Source of the DNA: Phycisphaerales bacterium
GTDB taxonomy: Bacteria > Planctomycetota > Phycisphaerae > Phycisphaerales > UBA1924
Assembly (NCBI GenBank): GCA_965227775.1
Contig: OZ245777.1
Coordinates: 1,984,001 to 2,048,000 of the forward strand
Reading direction: 5' to 3'
DNA length: 64,000 nucleotides
Shown: positions 10,118 through 19,521 of the stretch, piece by piece
Layout of the letters: each line of letters starts with the position of its first letter
Numbering within the stretch: the first letter of the stretch is position 1
Made by a program: the position numbers and the translations under genes
The notes under the pieces: generated by a model
The model's input: only the letters and a program-made list of their open reading frames with translations
Databases searched by the model: none
What the model was told of the DNA's origin: nothing

Positions 10118-11356
10118 ATGGCCGTTGACCTCCCCATCTACCTCGATAACGCCGCCACCACCCGCACCGACCCTCGCGTGGTCGAGGCGATGCTGCCGTA
10201 CTTCACGCAGGCGTTCGGCAACCCAGGCAGCCGCAACCACAGCTTCGGGTGGGAATCCGAGGCCGGCGTCGACAAGGCCCGCCAGCAGGTGGCCGACCTG
10301 ATCGGTGCCGACCGCAAGGAGATCATCTTCACCAGCGGCGCCACCGAGAGCAACAACTTGGCCATCAAGGGCGCCGCGAGCATGTACGCCAAGGCGCCGG
10401 CCGGCAGCGAGAAGCGCGGCCATGTCATCACGGCCATGCACGAGCATAAGGCCGTGCTCGACCCCTGCAAGCGACTCCAGAAGGAAGGCTTCGACGTCAC
10501 CTATCTGCAGCCGGGCAAGGACGGACTGATCACGGCCAAGATGGTCGAGCAGGCCATGCGTGATGACACGATTCTCGTCACGATCATGTGGGCCAACAAC
10601 GAGCTTGGCACGATTAACGAGATCCCAGAGATCGGCAAGCTTTGCCACGATCGCGGCGCCGTATTCCACACCGATGCGACGCAGTGGGTTGGCAAGATGC
10701 CTACCGATGTCAACGCCGACAACATCGACCTGCTCAGCCTAAGCGGGCACAAGATGTACGGGCCCAAGGGTGTGGGCGCTCTCTACGTCCGCCGCCGCAA
10801 GCCCCGCGTCCGCCTGACGGCATTCCAAGAGGGCGGCGGCCAGGAGCGTGGTTTCCGCTCCGGCACGCTGAACGTGCCCGGCATCGTCGGACTGGGCAAG
10901 GCATGCGAGCTTTGCGCTGCCGAGATGGACGACGAGCGCGAGCGCCTGCTGGCCCTGCGAAAGAAGATCGAAGAAGGCATCACCAGCAAGCTGGACACGG
11001 TGCAGGTCAACGGGCACGCCGACAAGCGGCTGCCACACCTCACGAACATCTCCTTTGGCTTCGTCGAGGGTGAGAGCCTGATGATGGCGACCAAGGAGAT
11101 CGCGATGAGCAGCGGCTCCGCGTGCACCAGCGCCAGCCTCGAGCCCAGCTACGTGCTCAAGGCCCTCGGCGTGGGCGACGATCTCGCCCACAGCTCGCTG
11201 CGTATCAGCATGGGGCGCTTCAGCACCGAGGCCGAGGCCGACTACGCGGTCGATAAGATCGTGGCGGCGGTTGTGAAGCTCCGCGAACTCAGCCCGCTGT
11301 ACGACATGCACAACGAGGGCATCGACATCACCAAGATCGAATGGCAGGCCCACTAA
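10118..11356 (+). CDS. iscS: Cysteine desulfurase IscS
   Basis: IYLDNAATT, FTSGATESNN, PLP lysine SGHKMYGPKG, catalytic SSGSACTSASLEPSYVL, C-terminal IEWQAH. Confidence 0.97.
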   Translation: MAVDLPIYLDNAATTRTDPRVVEAMLPYFTQAFGNPGSRNHSFGWESEAGVDKARQQVADLIGADRKEIIFTSGATESNNLAIKGAASMYAKAPAGSEKRGHVITAMHEHKAVLDPCKRLQKEGFDVTYLQPGKDGLITAKMVEQAMRDDTILVTIMWANNELGTINEIPEIGKLCHDRGAVFHTDATQWVGKMPTDVNADNIDLLSLSGHKMYGPKGVGALYVRRRKPRVRLTAFQEGGGQERGFRSGTLNVPGIVGLGKACELCAAEMDDERERLLALRKKIEEGITSKLDTVQVNGHADKRLPHLTNISFGFVEGESLMMATKEIAMSSGSACTSASLEPSYVLKALGVGDDLAHSSLRISMGRFSTEAEADYAVDKIVAAVVKLRELSPLYDMHNEGIDITKIEWQAH

Positions 11357-11439
11357 CTGGGTTCACCTTTCGGAACGGGTTCAGGCTCGACGGGGACAGG
11401 GACGACTAGACGCGGCAACCGGCCGCGAGGAGGCCAGCA

Positions 11440-11862
11440 ATGGCATATGGCGACAAGGTCATCGATCACTACGAGAACCCGCGCAACGTGGGCTCGTTCG
11501 GCACGCAGAAGGAGATCAAGGAGCGCAAGGACGTGGGCGTCGGCCTCGTTGGCGCGCCCGAGTGCGGCGATGTGATGCAGCTGCAGATCAAGGTCGACGA
11601 CTCGGGCAAGATCGAGGACGCGAAGTTCAAGTGCTTCGGCTGCGGTTCGGCCATCGCCAGCAGCAGCCTGGCTACCGAATGGCTCAAGGGCAAGACCATC
11701 GACGAGGGCCTCGAGATCAAGAACACCCAGATCGTCGAGGAGCTCAGCCTGCCGCCCGTGAAGATCCACTGCTCGGTACTCGCCGAGGACGCCATCCGTG
11801 CGGCGATCGATGATTACAAGACCAAGAACGGCCAGGCAGCCGAGGCGGCCCACGCCCACTAA
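11440..11862 (+). CDS. iscU: Fe-S cluster scaffold IscU
   Basis: VIDHYENPRNVG, GAPECGDVM, FGCGSAIASSS, LPPVKIHCS; GGAGG RBS. Confidence 0.97.
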   Translation: MAYGDKVIDHYENPRNVGSFGTQKEIKERKDVGVGLVGAPECGDVMQLQIKVDDSGKIEDAKFKCFGCGSAIASSSLATEWLKGKTIDEGLEIKNTQIVEELSLPPVKIHCSVLAEDAIRAAIDDYKTKNGQAAEAAHAH

Positions 11863-11989
11863 CGACGCCCGCGGGCTCGACGGGGCGAAAACCGGGACAA
11901 CCCCGCCCATTCGCTGAACAGATTGGGCCCGCGAGCCGTTATACTCTCTGGAGAAGCCACAGGCCCTCGAAAGCATCGCAGGAGCATCC

Positions 11990-12361
11990 ATGACCGCCAC
12001 GTCTGCCAATCCGAGCCAAGCCGACACCGACGCCGTCCAGATCACCGAGAAGGCGGCCGCTGAGATCCAGCGGATCGTTGAAGAGCAGGAGCTGGATGCC
12101 GAGAAGGTCCATCTGCGTGTGGGCGTGAAGGGCGGTGGCTGCTCGGGCTTCAACTACATCCTCGACCTGACCGAGGCCGTCCGAGACACCGACGAGGTGA
12201 TGGAGCAGCACGGCATCCGCGTTGTGTGCGACCCCAAGAGCCTGCTCTACCTGCACGGCACGGTCGTCGACTTCAAGGACGAGATCATGAGCCGGGGCTT
12301 CGTGTTCCAGAACCCCAACGCGACGGCCACCTGCGGCTGCGGCTCGAGCTTCTCGGCCTGA
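11990..12361 (+). CDS. iscA: A-type Fe-S carrier (IscA/HesB family)
   Basis: VKGGGCSGFNY and NPNATATCGCGSSF. Confidence 0.92.
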   Translation: MTATSANPSQADTDAVQITEKAAAEIQRIVEEQELDAEKVHLRVGVKGGGCSGFNYILDLTEAVRDTDEVMEQHGIRVVCDPKSLLYLHGTVVDFKDEIMSRGFVFQNPNATATCGCGSSFSA

Positions 12362-12566
12362 TACTGTCTAAGCGCCTCGAGTGTGGCGGGAACCCCCGTT
12401 CACGCCAATAGCCGCAACGCTCAACGTGGTTCCCCCGTACCCGCTCTGGCGGGTACTGTTGTTTCTGGCCGAAAGGCCGGTTGCGAGGCGGCCCCAGCCT
12501 GGACGCGGGGTCGATGCCGCTCGGGGCTCCCGGGTGGCTTCTGGACCGACTGGGGAAGGACTCTTG

Positions 12567-13046
12567 ATGGCCTCACAGAGCGCGACGCCGCTTGAAACCA
12601 CGCAGGGCTACGCGACGCCGACGGTGACGCAATTCAGCGTGTTCCTCGACAACCGGGTGGGCAGGCTGCACGAGCTGGTCAATGCGTTCGATAGGTCCGC
12701 CGCAAAGATCTGTGCCCTCAGCGTGCACGAGGCTTCGGACTACGCGGTCGTTCGGATTATCGCGAACCGGGCAGCCATCGCCGCACGCATTCTGAAGGAG
12801 CAGCGGCTTCCCTATGGCGAGAAGGAAGTGTTGGTCGTGGAACTGAGCGAGGGGCACAGCCTTGAAAGCCTGTGCCTGTCGCTGCTCGGGGCCGAGCTCA
12901 ACATCCACTTTGCCTATCCGCTGATGAGCCTGCCGACCGGCACGGCAACGATCGCGCTGTCGGTCGACGACATGACGCTGGCCGGGCAGATCTTGCGGCG
13001 CAAGTGCTTCCGGTTGTTCGGCGAGGCGGACCTGCCGGCGGCGTGA
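12567..13046 (+). CDS. Double ACT-domain protein
   Basis: TQFSVFLDNRVGRL...ICALSV...VVRII...LLGAELNIHFAYPL; start placed at ATG 12567 after GAAGGA. Confidence 0.8.
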   Translation: MASQSATPLETTQGYATPTVTQFSVFLDNRVGRLHELVNAFDRSAAKICALSVHEASDYAVVRIIANRAAIAARILKEQRLPYGEKEVLVVELSEGHSLESLCLSLLGAELNIHFAYPLMSLPTGTATIALSVDDMTLAGQILRRKCFRLFGEADLPAA

Positions 13047-13050
13047 TTGT

Positions 13051-13467
13051 TCACTCGGTTTGCTCGCCACGTCGCAACTCGCCGAGATGCCGTCTCTTCG
13101 ACAGTCGACCGGCATAATCCCACTGGCGCGCGATGTCCACTTTGGTGTAGCTGACACCGCACTCAGGACATCTGCCAGCCGCCGGATGAGCGGTAAGGTC
13201 GTAGAGGCACATTGTGCAAACCTCGCCGCGCAGTCTGCGTGCACGCGCAACATCCCTGCCATTCAGATAAAAGAGGAGTCCAACGGTCGAGAAGGTTCCA
13301 ACGATCGCAGCTGCTAGCGCGTAGTAAAAGTTCGGGCTCCAACCGGCCCGCGCCGCGATGAGACACACTAGAGTTGTGCCCACAACGCAAAGGCCTTGAC
13401 CAAGCCAAAACCACTTACCATGGCGTCCTAGTGCCGGTGGAAGCCTCTTCGTGCTCTTCGACGACAT
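13051..13467 (-). CDS. Small 2-TM membrane protein with C-terminal CxxCxYDL...CPECG zinc ribbon
   Basis: Two hydrophobic helices, then RARRLRGEVCTMCLYDLTAHPAAGRCPECG; visibly lower GC than flanks. Confidence 0.75.
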   Translation of the reverse strand: MSSKSTKRLPPALGRHGKWFWLGQGLCVVGTTLVCLIAARAGWSPNFYYALAAAIVGTFSTVGLLFYLNGRDVARARRLRGEVCTMCLYDLTAHPAAGRCPECGVSYTKVDIARQWDYAGRLSKRRHLGELRRGEQTE

Positions 13468-13532
13468 TTTTTACGGTATGCGCATGAAGACCAGGGCCCG
13501 ACCCCTAGTCCTGAATTGCACTAGGACTCTGC

Positions 13533-14651
13533 TCAAGCCGTCGCGACTTCCAGGTCGTGGGCCTCGGCCACGGGGCGGTTGAGCAGGCGGCCGTCGTCGC
13601 AGTTGATGGCCATCGCAAAGCCGGCGTCGCGGGCGGCGATCTCGTGGGGGCCGACCTTGGCGAGCTTGCGGGCCCAGGGCACGGTCGCGTTGTTGAGCGC
13701 GTGCGTGCTCGTGCGGGCCACGGCGCCGGGCATGTTGCCAACGCAATAGTGCACCACTCCGTCGATAATGTAGGTCGGCTGGCCGTGGGTCGTCACGCGG
13801 CTGGTCTCGACGCAGCCGCCCTGGTCGATCGAGACGTCGACGATGACGGCGCCCTCGGGCATGATCTTGAGGTCCTCGCGGGTCACGAGGTTCGGGGCCT
13901 TGGCGCCAGGCAGCAGCACGGCGCCGATGACCAGGTCGGCCCAGCGCAGGTACTTGCGGATGGCGTGCGGGTCGCTGTAGATGGTCGTGACGTTGTCGTC
14001 CATCACGTCCTCAAGGTATCGCATGCGGTCGAGGTCGATGTCCATGATGATGACATCGGCGCCCATACCACTGGCAATCTTGGCGGCGTTGGTGCCGACC
14101 ACACCACCTCCGAGCACGAGCACCTTGCCCGGCTCGACGCCCGGCACGCCGCCGAGCAGCACGCCGCGGCCCTGCTGTGGGCGCTCGAGGTACTTGGCGC
14201 CTTCCTGCGTTGCCATGCGGCCGGCGATTTCGCTCATCGGCGTCAGCAGTGGGAGGGTGGGCTTGCCGTTCAGACCCGGCGCCTCGAGCGTCTCGTAGGC
14301 GACGGCGCAGATCTTCTGGTCGAGGCAGGCCAGCGTCAGATCACGATCTGCCGCGAAGTGGAAGTAGGTGAATACCACCTGCCCCTCGCGCATGTGGGGC
14401 CACTCGATGGATTGGGGCTCCTTGACCTTGACGATCATGTCCGCCTTGGCCCACACCTCGTCGGCGTTCTGGGCGATGCTGGCGCCGACCTTCTCGTAGG
14501 CCGAATCCTCGAAGCCGATGCCCAGGCCCGCACCAGCCTGGACAACGACGTCGTGGCCGTCGCGGATGAGCAGGTCGACGCCAACAGGCATCAGGCCCAC
14601 GCGGTACTCGTCTGGTTTGACCTCGGTCGGGACGCCAACGATCATGCTCAC
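13533..14651 (-). CDS. ald: Alanine dehydrogenase
   Basis: VGVPTEVKPDEYRVGL, VKVKEP, LTPMSEIAGR, GGGVVG, IDQGGCVET, HYCVGNMPGAV. Confidence 0.97.
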   Translation of the reverse strand: MSMIVGVPTEVKPDEYRVGLMPVGVDLLIRDGHDVVVQAGAGLGIGFEDSAYEKVGASIAQNADEVWAKADMIVKVKEPQSIEWPHMREGQVVFTYFHFAADRDLTLACLDQKICAVAYETLEAPGLNGKPTLPLLTPMSEIAGRMATQEGAKYLERPQQGRGVLLGGVPGVEPGKVLVLGGGVVGTNAAKIASGMGADVIIMDIDLDRMRYLEDVMDDNVTTIYSDPHAIRKYLRWADLVIGAVLLPGAKAPNLVTREDLKIMPEGAVIVDVSIDQGGCVETSRVTTHGQPTYIIDGVVHYCVGNMPGAVARTSTHALNNATVPWARKLAKVGPHEIAARDAGFAMAINCDDGRLLNRPVAEAHDLEVATA

Positions 14652-15017
14652 AAGCTCCTGTGCGAATGCCTGGGGCGACGCGACCGCGCGCCCGATTCTC
14701 CCGGTCCGAGCCGACGTGCTTTCAGACGTGGCAAGAGGCCGCAGCGTGCCGCGTTTCGGGCCCGTTCGGGCCGCACGGCGCGCATCGAGAATGATACGCC
14801 CGATGGGGCCTCATCGCCTGGGAAGGCCGGGCGTTCGAAGGTTGTGAGGCGGGGGGCCGGAGTCGGCTGCCGCCGCGAGGGGTTTCGGCTAGTATCCGCC
14901 CCTGGGCATGGTGCGGCCGCCTTTCGGTGTAGCGCCATACGCGGCCCAGACATATACGCCCCCTCGACGCCCCGATCCCGGGCGACGGTTTCTTGACGAT
15001 CTCGGAGGCAGCCTCGC

Positions 15018-16649
15018 ATGTGCTTCAATCTCGCTCTCAGGCTCACGGCTAGCCGGTCCCTCGCGTGGCCTGCGGCCTTGCTCTCGGCCGTGGTTGCCCT
15101 CGCAGTCCCGGCCCTCGCCCAGGCTCAGAGCGGCGACTTCATCGAGCGCATCAATCGGGCCGGTCGAGCCATTCCGCAAGACCAGCGGGCCGATGCCGTG
15201 CTGTTCCCGACCATGATCGACATGCAGGATCCGCCGGCGGTGGTAGCGGTCACCGAAGACGGTCGGCCCATCGACGCGATGTTGCTCGGCCCGCGGATGC
15301 GCGGCTGGGAGGATGCGTCGCAATGGGCGGCGGCCGAGTCTCAGCAGCGGGTGATCGCAGCGCTCGACGAGATCACCCAGGAAGCGATCTTCCCCGACTC
15401 GATGGTCATGGCCCAGCCCTATGGCATCGATGGCGTTTCCGTTGACCTCGTTCGTGCGGGCTTGTACACCGAATTGGGCGATCCGCCCACGCTCTCATCA
15501 GCCGAGTTTCGTTACCTGCCCAAGCTGACCAACGTTGTCATCCTCGCCCACGTCGAGGCCAATCGGCGCTGGGCTGAAGGCAACCCAGCGGGCGCGATCG
15601 ACGTTCTTGTCGACCTGCTGCACCTGGGTCGCATGATGGCAAACCGCGAGTTCTACGACGAGGTCGCGTGGGGCTATCGCACGATGATCGACGCGGCGAT
15701 CCGCGTTCGGGACGTGGCGTACATCGATTACTCGTCCGATCAGCAGGTGCTGAACTATGACGAGGTCATCGAGGTCATTGGCCGGCTCGACCCAGGCCGC
15801 CGCGGATTCATGATGATCGATCGCCTGCGCCTGCCCGAGGGAGACCGCATCGGCGCAGAGCAAGTGCTCTCACGCATCTTTGACGAGCGTGGACGTCCGA
15901 CCGATCGATTCGCGCCCACCATGAGCGCGCTCAGCACGAGCGAGCGTCCGCTCCGTCGCTTCAGCGAGGCCGGTCTGTGGACGCAGGTGCAACTCGTCCA
16001 CGGCGACGGCTTCGCGACGCGCAAGAGCGTGAACGACGTGTTCAACGACTGGTCGCAGCTCTGGACGCAGAGCGACTTCGCTCCCGGGCAGAAGCTCGTC
16101 CGAGAGTACGACCGCCTGAACCCGGTGACCGAGGGCGTCGTGCTTGCGATTGTGCCCGAGATGACCGGCCTTTTCAACGAGCGCCGCATCCTCCGAACCG
16201 AGATCTCCGGTACACGCGTAGCCCTGGCCATCATGGCGTACAAGACGCGCCTGCGCACGCTGCCGGGCAATGTTGCGGCGCTGAGCCCGCAGATCTTGCC
16301 CGAGCGTGTGATCGATCCGTTCGGTCCGATCGTTGACTCGCAGCGGCGCTCTCTGGTCAGCCAGTTCAACTACCTCGTGCCCGCACGCGACCTGGATGTT
16401 GACCCGGCGGTGGGGCCCAAGCCGCTCGCCATCGACATCATCATGCTCAACCAGCGGAACTTCACGATCGGCGTCGGTCTCGTCGACGACGAATACGTGT
16501 TGTGGTCGACCGGGCCCGACCTCGATAATGACACGGCCAGCCGTGTGCGCGAGAACACGCGTTCGCTCTATGACGGCGACTACCTGATCTGGCCACCGGT
16601 CATCTCGCTCTATCGCGAGTTTCTGCAGGCCGACGGCGAGCTGCGTTGA
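15018..16649 (+). CDS. Hypothetical exported protein
   Basis: 543-aa ORF, signal peptide (ALAVPALAQA), helical body, DPF and WSTGPDLDND near C-terminus. Confidence 0.7.
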   Translation: MCFNLALRLTASRSLAWPAALLSAVVALAVPALAQAQSGDFIERINRAGRAIPQDQRADAVLFPTMIDMQDPPAVVAVTEDGRPIDAMLLGPRMRGWEDASQWAAAESQQRVIAALDEITQEAIFPDSMVMAQPYGIDGVSVDLVRAGLYTELGDPPTLSSAEFRYLPKLTNVVILAHVEANRRWAEGNPAGAIDVLVDLLHLGRMMANREFYDEVAWGYRTMIDAAIRVRDVAYIDYSSDQQVLNYDEVIEVIGRLDPGRRGFMMIDRLRLPEGDRIGAEQVLSRIFDERGRPTDRFAPTMSALSTSERPLRRFSEAGLWTQVQLVHGDGFATRKSVNDVFNDWSQLWTQSDFAPGQKLVREYDRLNPVTEGVVLAIVPEMTGLFNERRILRTEISGTRVALAIMAYKTRLRTLPGNVAALSPQILPERVIDPFGPIVDSQRRSLVSQFNYLVPARDLDVDPAVGPKPLAIDIIMLNQRNFTIGVGLVDDEYVLWSTGPDLDNDTASRVRENTRSLYDGDYLIWPPVISLYREFLQADGELR

Positions 16650-16745
16650 CCGATCGATAGGCGGCACGTCCACGGGCTCGGGAACATCCCGGGCCCGCTT
16701 GCGATTCATCTCCTTCCACGAACCTACACGCCAGCGAGGGCACCC

Positions 16746-17768
16746 ATGAGCGAGAACGGGCAGGACACGAAGATCGAGAAGCTGGTCATCATCGGCTCGG
16801 GCCCGGCCGGATGGACGGCTGCCCTGTACGCCTCTCGGGCCCAGCTCGAGCCGCTCTGCATCATCGGCGTGCCCAAGCAAGACCCCGGGCCGGTGTTGCC
16901 CGGCGGCCAGCTCATGCTGACCACCGACGTCGAGAATTACCCCGGGTTTCCCGACGGCATCGCCGGACCCGAGATGATGACCCTGTTCCAGAAGCAGGCC
17001 GAACGCTTCGGTGCCCGCGTCATGAACGATGACGTAAAGACGGTGGAGTTCAACAAGGACCACACCAAGCCGCACGTGCTCACAACGGCTGGCGGCAAGA
17101 CGATCCGGGCCCACGCGGTCGTCATCGCAACCGGGGCGACGGCCAACTGGCTGGGCCTCGACAACGAGCTGCGCCTGGCAACCAGCGGCGGTGGCGTCTC
17201 GGCTTGTGCCGTGTGCGATGGTGCGCTGCCCATGTTCCGCGACAACCCGGTCGCCGTCATCGGTGGCGGCGATACGGCCATGGAAGAGGGCCACCACCTG
17301 AGCAAGTTCGCCTCCAAGGTCTACATCATCCACCGCCGCGACGAGCTACGCGCCAGCAAGGTGATGCAGGAGCGCACCCTGGGCAAGCCGAACGTCGAGA
17401 TGGTGTGGAACAGCACGGTTGTCGACGTGCTGGACAAGAAGGACCCCGCGTCGGGAGCCGATGTCATCCGGGCCGTCGTGCTCGAAGACACCCAGACCAA
17501 GGAGCGGCGCGAACTCGAGGTCAGCGGCATGTTCGTCGCGATCGGCCACACCCCCGCGACGAAGTTCCTGCGCGAGAGTGGTCTGGAGTTCGATTCGGCG
17601 GGCTACATCGATCTCAAGAAGCGCGGCAGCACCACCAACATCCCCGGTGTGTTCGCCGCCGGCGACGTGGCCGATGCCAAGTACCGCCAGGCCATCACAG
17701 CCGCGGGCATGGGCTGCCAGGCGGCGCTCGATGCCGAGCACTGGCTGGGCGAGCACGCGCTGGTGTAA
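16746..17768 (+). CDS. trxB: Thioredoxin reductase
   Basis: IIGSGPAGWTAA, GGQLMLTTDVENYPGF, SACAVCDG, GGGDTAMEE, HRRDELRA, AAGDV..YRQAITAAG. Confidence 0.97.
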   Translation: MSENGQDTKIEKLVIIGSGPAGWTAALYASRAQLEPLCIIGVPKQDPGPVLPGGQLMLTTDVENYPGFPDGIAGPEMMTLFQKQAERFGARVMNDDVKTVEFNKDHTKPHVLTTAGGKTIRAHAVVIATGATANWLGLDNELRLATSGGGVSACAVCDGALPMFRDNPVAVIGGGDTAMEEGHHLSKFASKVYIIHRRDELRASKVMQERTLGKPNVEMVWNSTVVDVLDKKDPASGADVIRAVVLEDTQTKERRELEVSGMFVAIGHTPATKFLRESGLEFDSAGYIDLKKRGSTTNIPGVFAAGDVADAKYRQAITAAGMGCQAALDAEHWLGEHALV

Positions 17769-17777
17769 CCAGTGTCC

Positions 17778-18461
17778 ATGCGCGAGATTGGTTGCCGAGT
17801 CGAGCGTGGTGTTGTGACGCCCGAGGCCATCCAGCGCCTACGCCAATCGTGCCCCAGTATCCCAAGGGCAGGTTTGCGCGAGCCCTTCGCGTCGTGGCCA
17901 GATGCCCGCGAAGTCATGGAGCCAGCCCGATCGACCGCGCGTGGCGTTCTCGATTCACATGCTCAATTGACGCGGGCCATCCTGTTCGACAAGCAGCCCG
18001 GTCGAAACTGGAGCCTTGCGGTCCACCAAGACCTCACGATCGCCGTGAGTGATCGTGTGGAAGCCTCGGGCTACGGCCCCTGGTCGTTCAAGCACGGCGG
18101 CTGGCACTGCGAGGCGCCGGCAAGGCTCCTGAGCCGGATGGTCACTGTGCGGGTTCATCTCGACGATGCAGACGAGGAGAACGGCTGCCTCCTCGTCGCA
18201 CCGCTGCCGGCAGATCGATCGGACGCGAAACTCTCGCCCAAGGAGCTGCAGGTCTGTGCGGAGCGATTAGTGCCCATGCCCGCCCGTGCCGGCGATGCCG
18301 TCGTTATGAGCCCGCTCACGCCGCACGCTTCGGGTCGCAACACCAGCGATCGCCATCGCCGCGTGCTGCACATGGAATTCGCAGGCGAAGACCCGGGCGG
18401 TGGCCTGAAGTGGCGCGACGAGGCCGAGATCCTGGGCTGCGATCCCTCTACTCGTCCTTGA
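17778..18461 (+). CDS. Phytanoyl-CoA dioxygenase (PhyH)-family Fe(II)/2OG oxygenase
   Basis: LFDK, HQD iron motif, RVHLDDADEENGCL, TPHAS...RRVLH. Confidence 0.8.
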   Translation: MREIGCRVERGVVTPEAIQRLRQSCPSIPRAGLREPFASWPDAREVMEPARSTARGVLDSHAQLTRAILFDKQPGRNWSLAVHQDLTIAVSDRVEASGYGPWSFKHGGWHCEAPARLLSRMVTVRVHLDDADEENGCLLVAPLPADRSDAKLSPKELQVCAERLVPMPARAGDAVVMSPLTPHASGRNTSDRHRRVLHMEFAGEDPGGGLKWRDEAEILGCDPSTRP

Positions 18462-19485
18462 CCTCGTAGGGCTGCGTCCCATCGCCGCGATCGATGGTGT
18501 GGCTCTTGGGCACGGGCACGCCCTTGGGCACACCGCGGCGGCCGGCCCGGTTGCGGTCGTCGGCGTCGATGGCGGCAAGGCGCTCGTCAAGCTCGGTTTC
18601 TGCAGCTTCGACCCGCTCGCGATCGATGACGGCGCGACGCCCCGACACGACGCTCTTGTGCCTCGAATTTTGGACCGCCCAGTTCGCGCCCTTGGCCAGG
18701 GTGATGAGGCTGACGCTCAGCATGATCACGCCCACGAGCAAGCAGAGCGCAAACGCGAAGAACAGCAGCCCGAAGATCGGGAAGATCGCAATGAGAAGTG
18801 GCGTGGCCAACAGCCCGAGGCCGCCAACGGCAAGCAGCCACGCGACCGTCTGCAGGCGTCGCTCGGCGTCCTCGTCGCCCATCCACGACGCCAGCGAAGA
18901 GAACTGAACGCACACCGGCACGAAGCCGAGCCAGGCGATCGTGTCGAAGATATAGACGCTTACCTCAAGAGCACCCTCAACGACGCTCAGTTGTGGGACG
19001 AACAGCAGCATGTACAGGACTGCGGCCACGATGTGGCACGCCTGCGTGCCCACGCTGGCCCAGCGCCATTTGGGGTTGTCGAACAGGTCGAGCTGCGTGG
19101 ATTCGAATCGATCGGGCTTGGGCTTAGTCACGATCCACAGGGCCGCCACCCAGCCGCAGATCGCCAGGAACTCGAGCCCGAGCGTCACGGCGTTCTCCGC
19201 GACGGCGAGAACCACGGAAAAGAAGATGTACCCCAAGAATCCCAGAGCCGCGAGCCACAAGGTCGTGCTCAGCCGGCTGACGTAGGCGAGCGGTGCTCGC
19301 GAGACCCCGGTGCCGCGCTTCTTGTCGTACAAAGGCCGGGCGTTGGGCGTGCCGCACTCAGGGCAAACCGTGGCCCGTGGCAGGCCTGTGAGGTCGTAGC
19401 TGCACTTGACGCAGAGATAGCCCTTCTCGAACGTACCCCTGGGCGTGCGGTCCAGGTCGAGTTCCCGAGGGTCAATGGGGCTCAT
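18448..19485 (-). CDS. Multi-pass membrane protein with N-terminal CxxCxYDLxG...CPECG zinc ribbon
   Basis: CVKCSYDLTGLPRATVCPECG followed by about 6 TM helices. Confidence 0.8.
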   Translation of the reverse strand: MSPIDPRELDLDRTPRGTFEKGYLCVKCSYDLTGLPRATVCPECGTPNARPLYDKKRGTGVSRAPLAYVSRLSTTLWLAALGFLGYIFFSVVLAVAENAVTLGLEFLAICGWVAALWIVTKPKPDRFESTQLDLFDNPKWRWASVGTQACHIVAAVLYMLLFVPQLSVVEGALEVSVYIFDTIAWLGFVPVCVQFSSLASWMGDEDAERRLQTVAWLLAVGGLGLLATPLLIAIFPIFGLLFFAFALCLLVGVIMLSVSLITLAKGANWAVQNSRHKSVVSGRRAVIDRERVEAAETELDERLAAIDADDRNRAGRRGVPKGVPVPKSHTIDRGDGTQPYEVKDE

Positions 19486-19521
19486 GCTCGATCGTATGGA
19501 TCGGCCGCCACGCGGTTGCGT

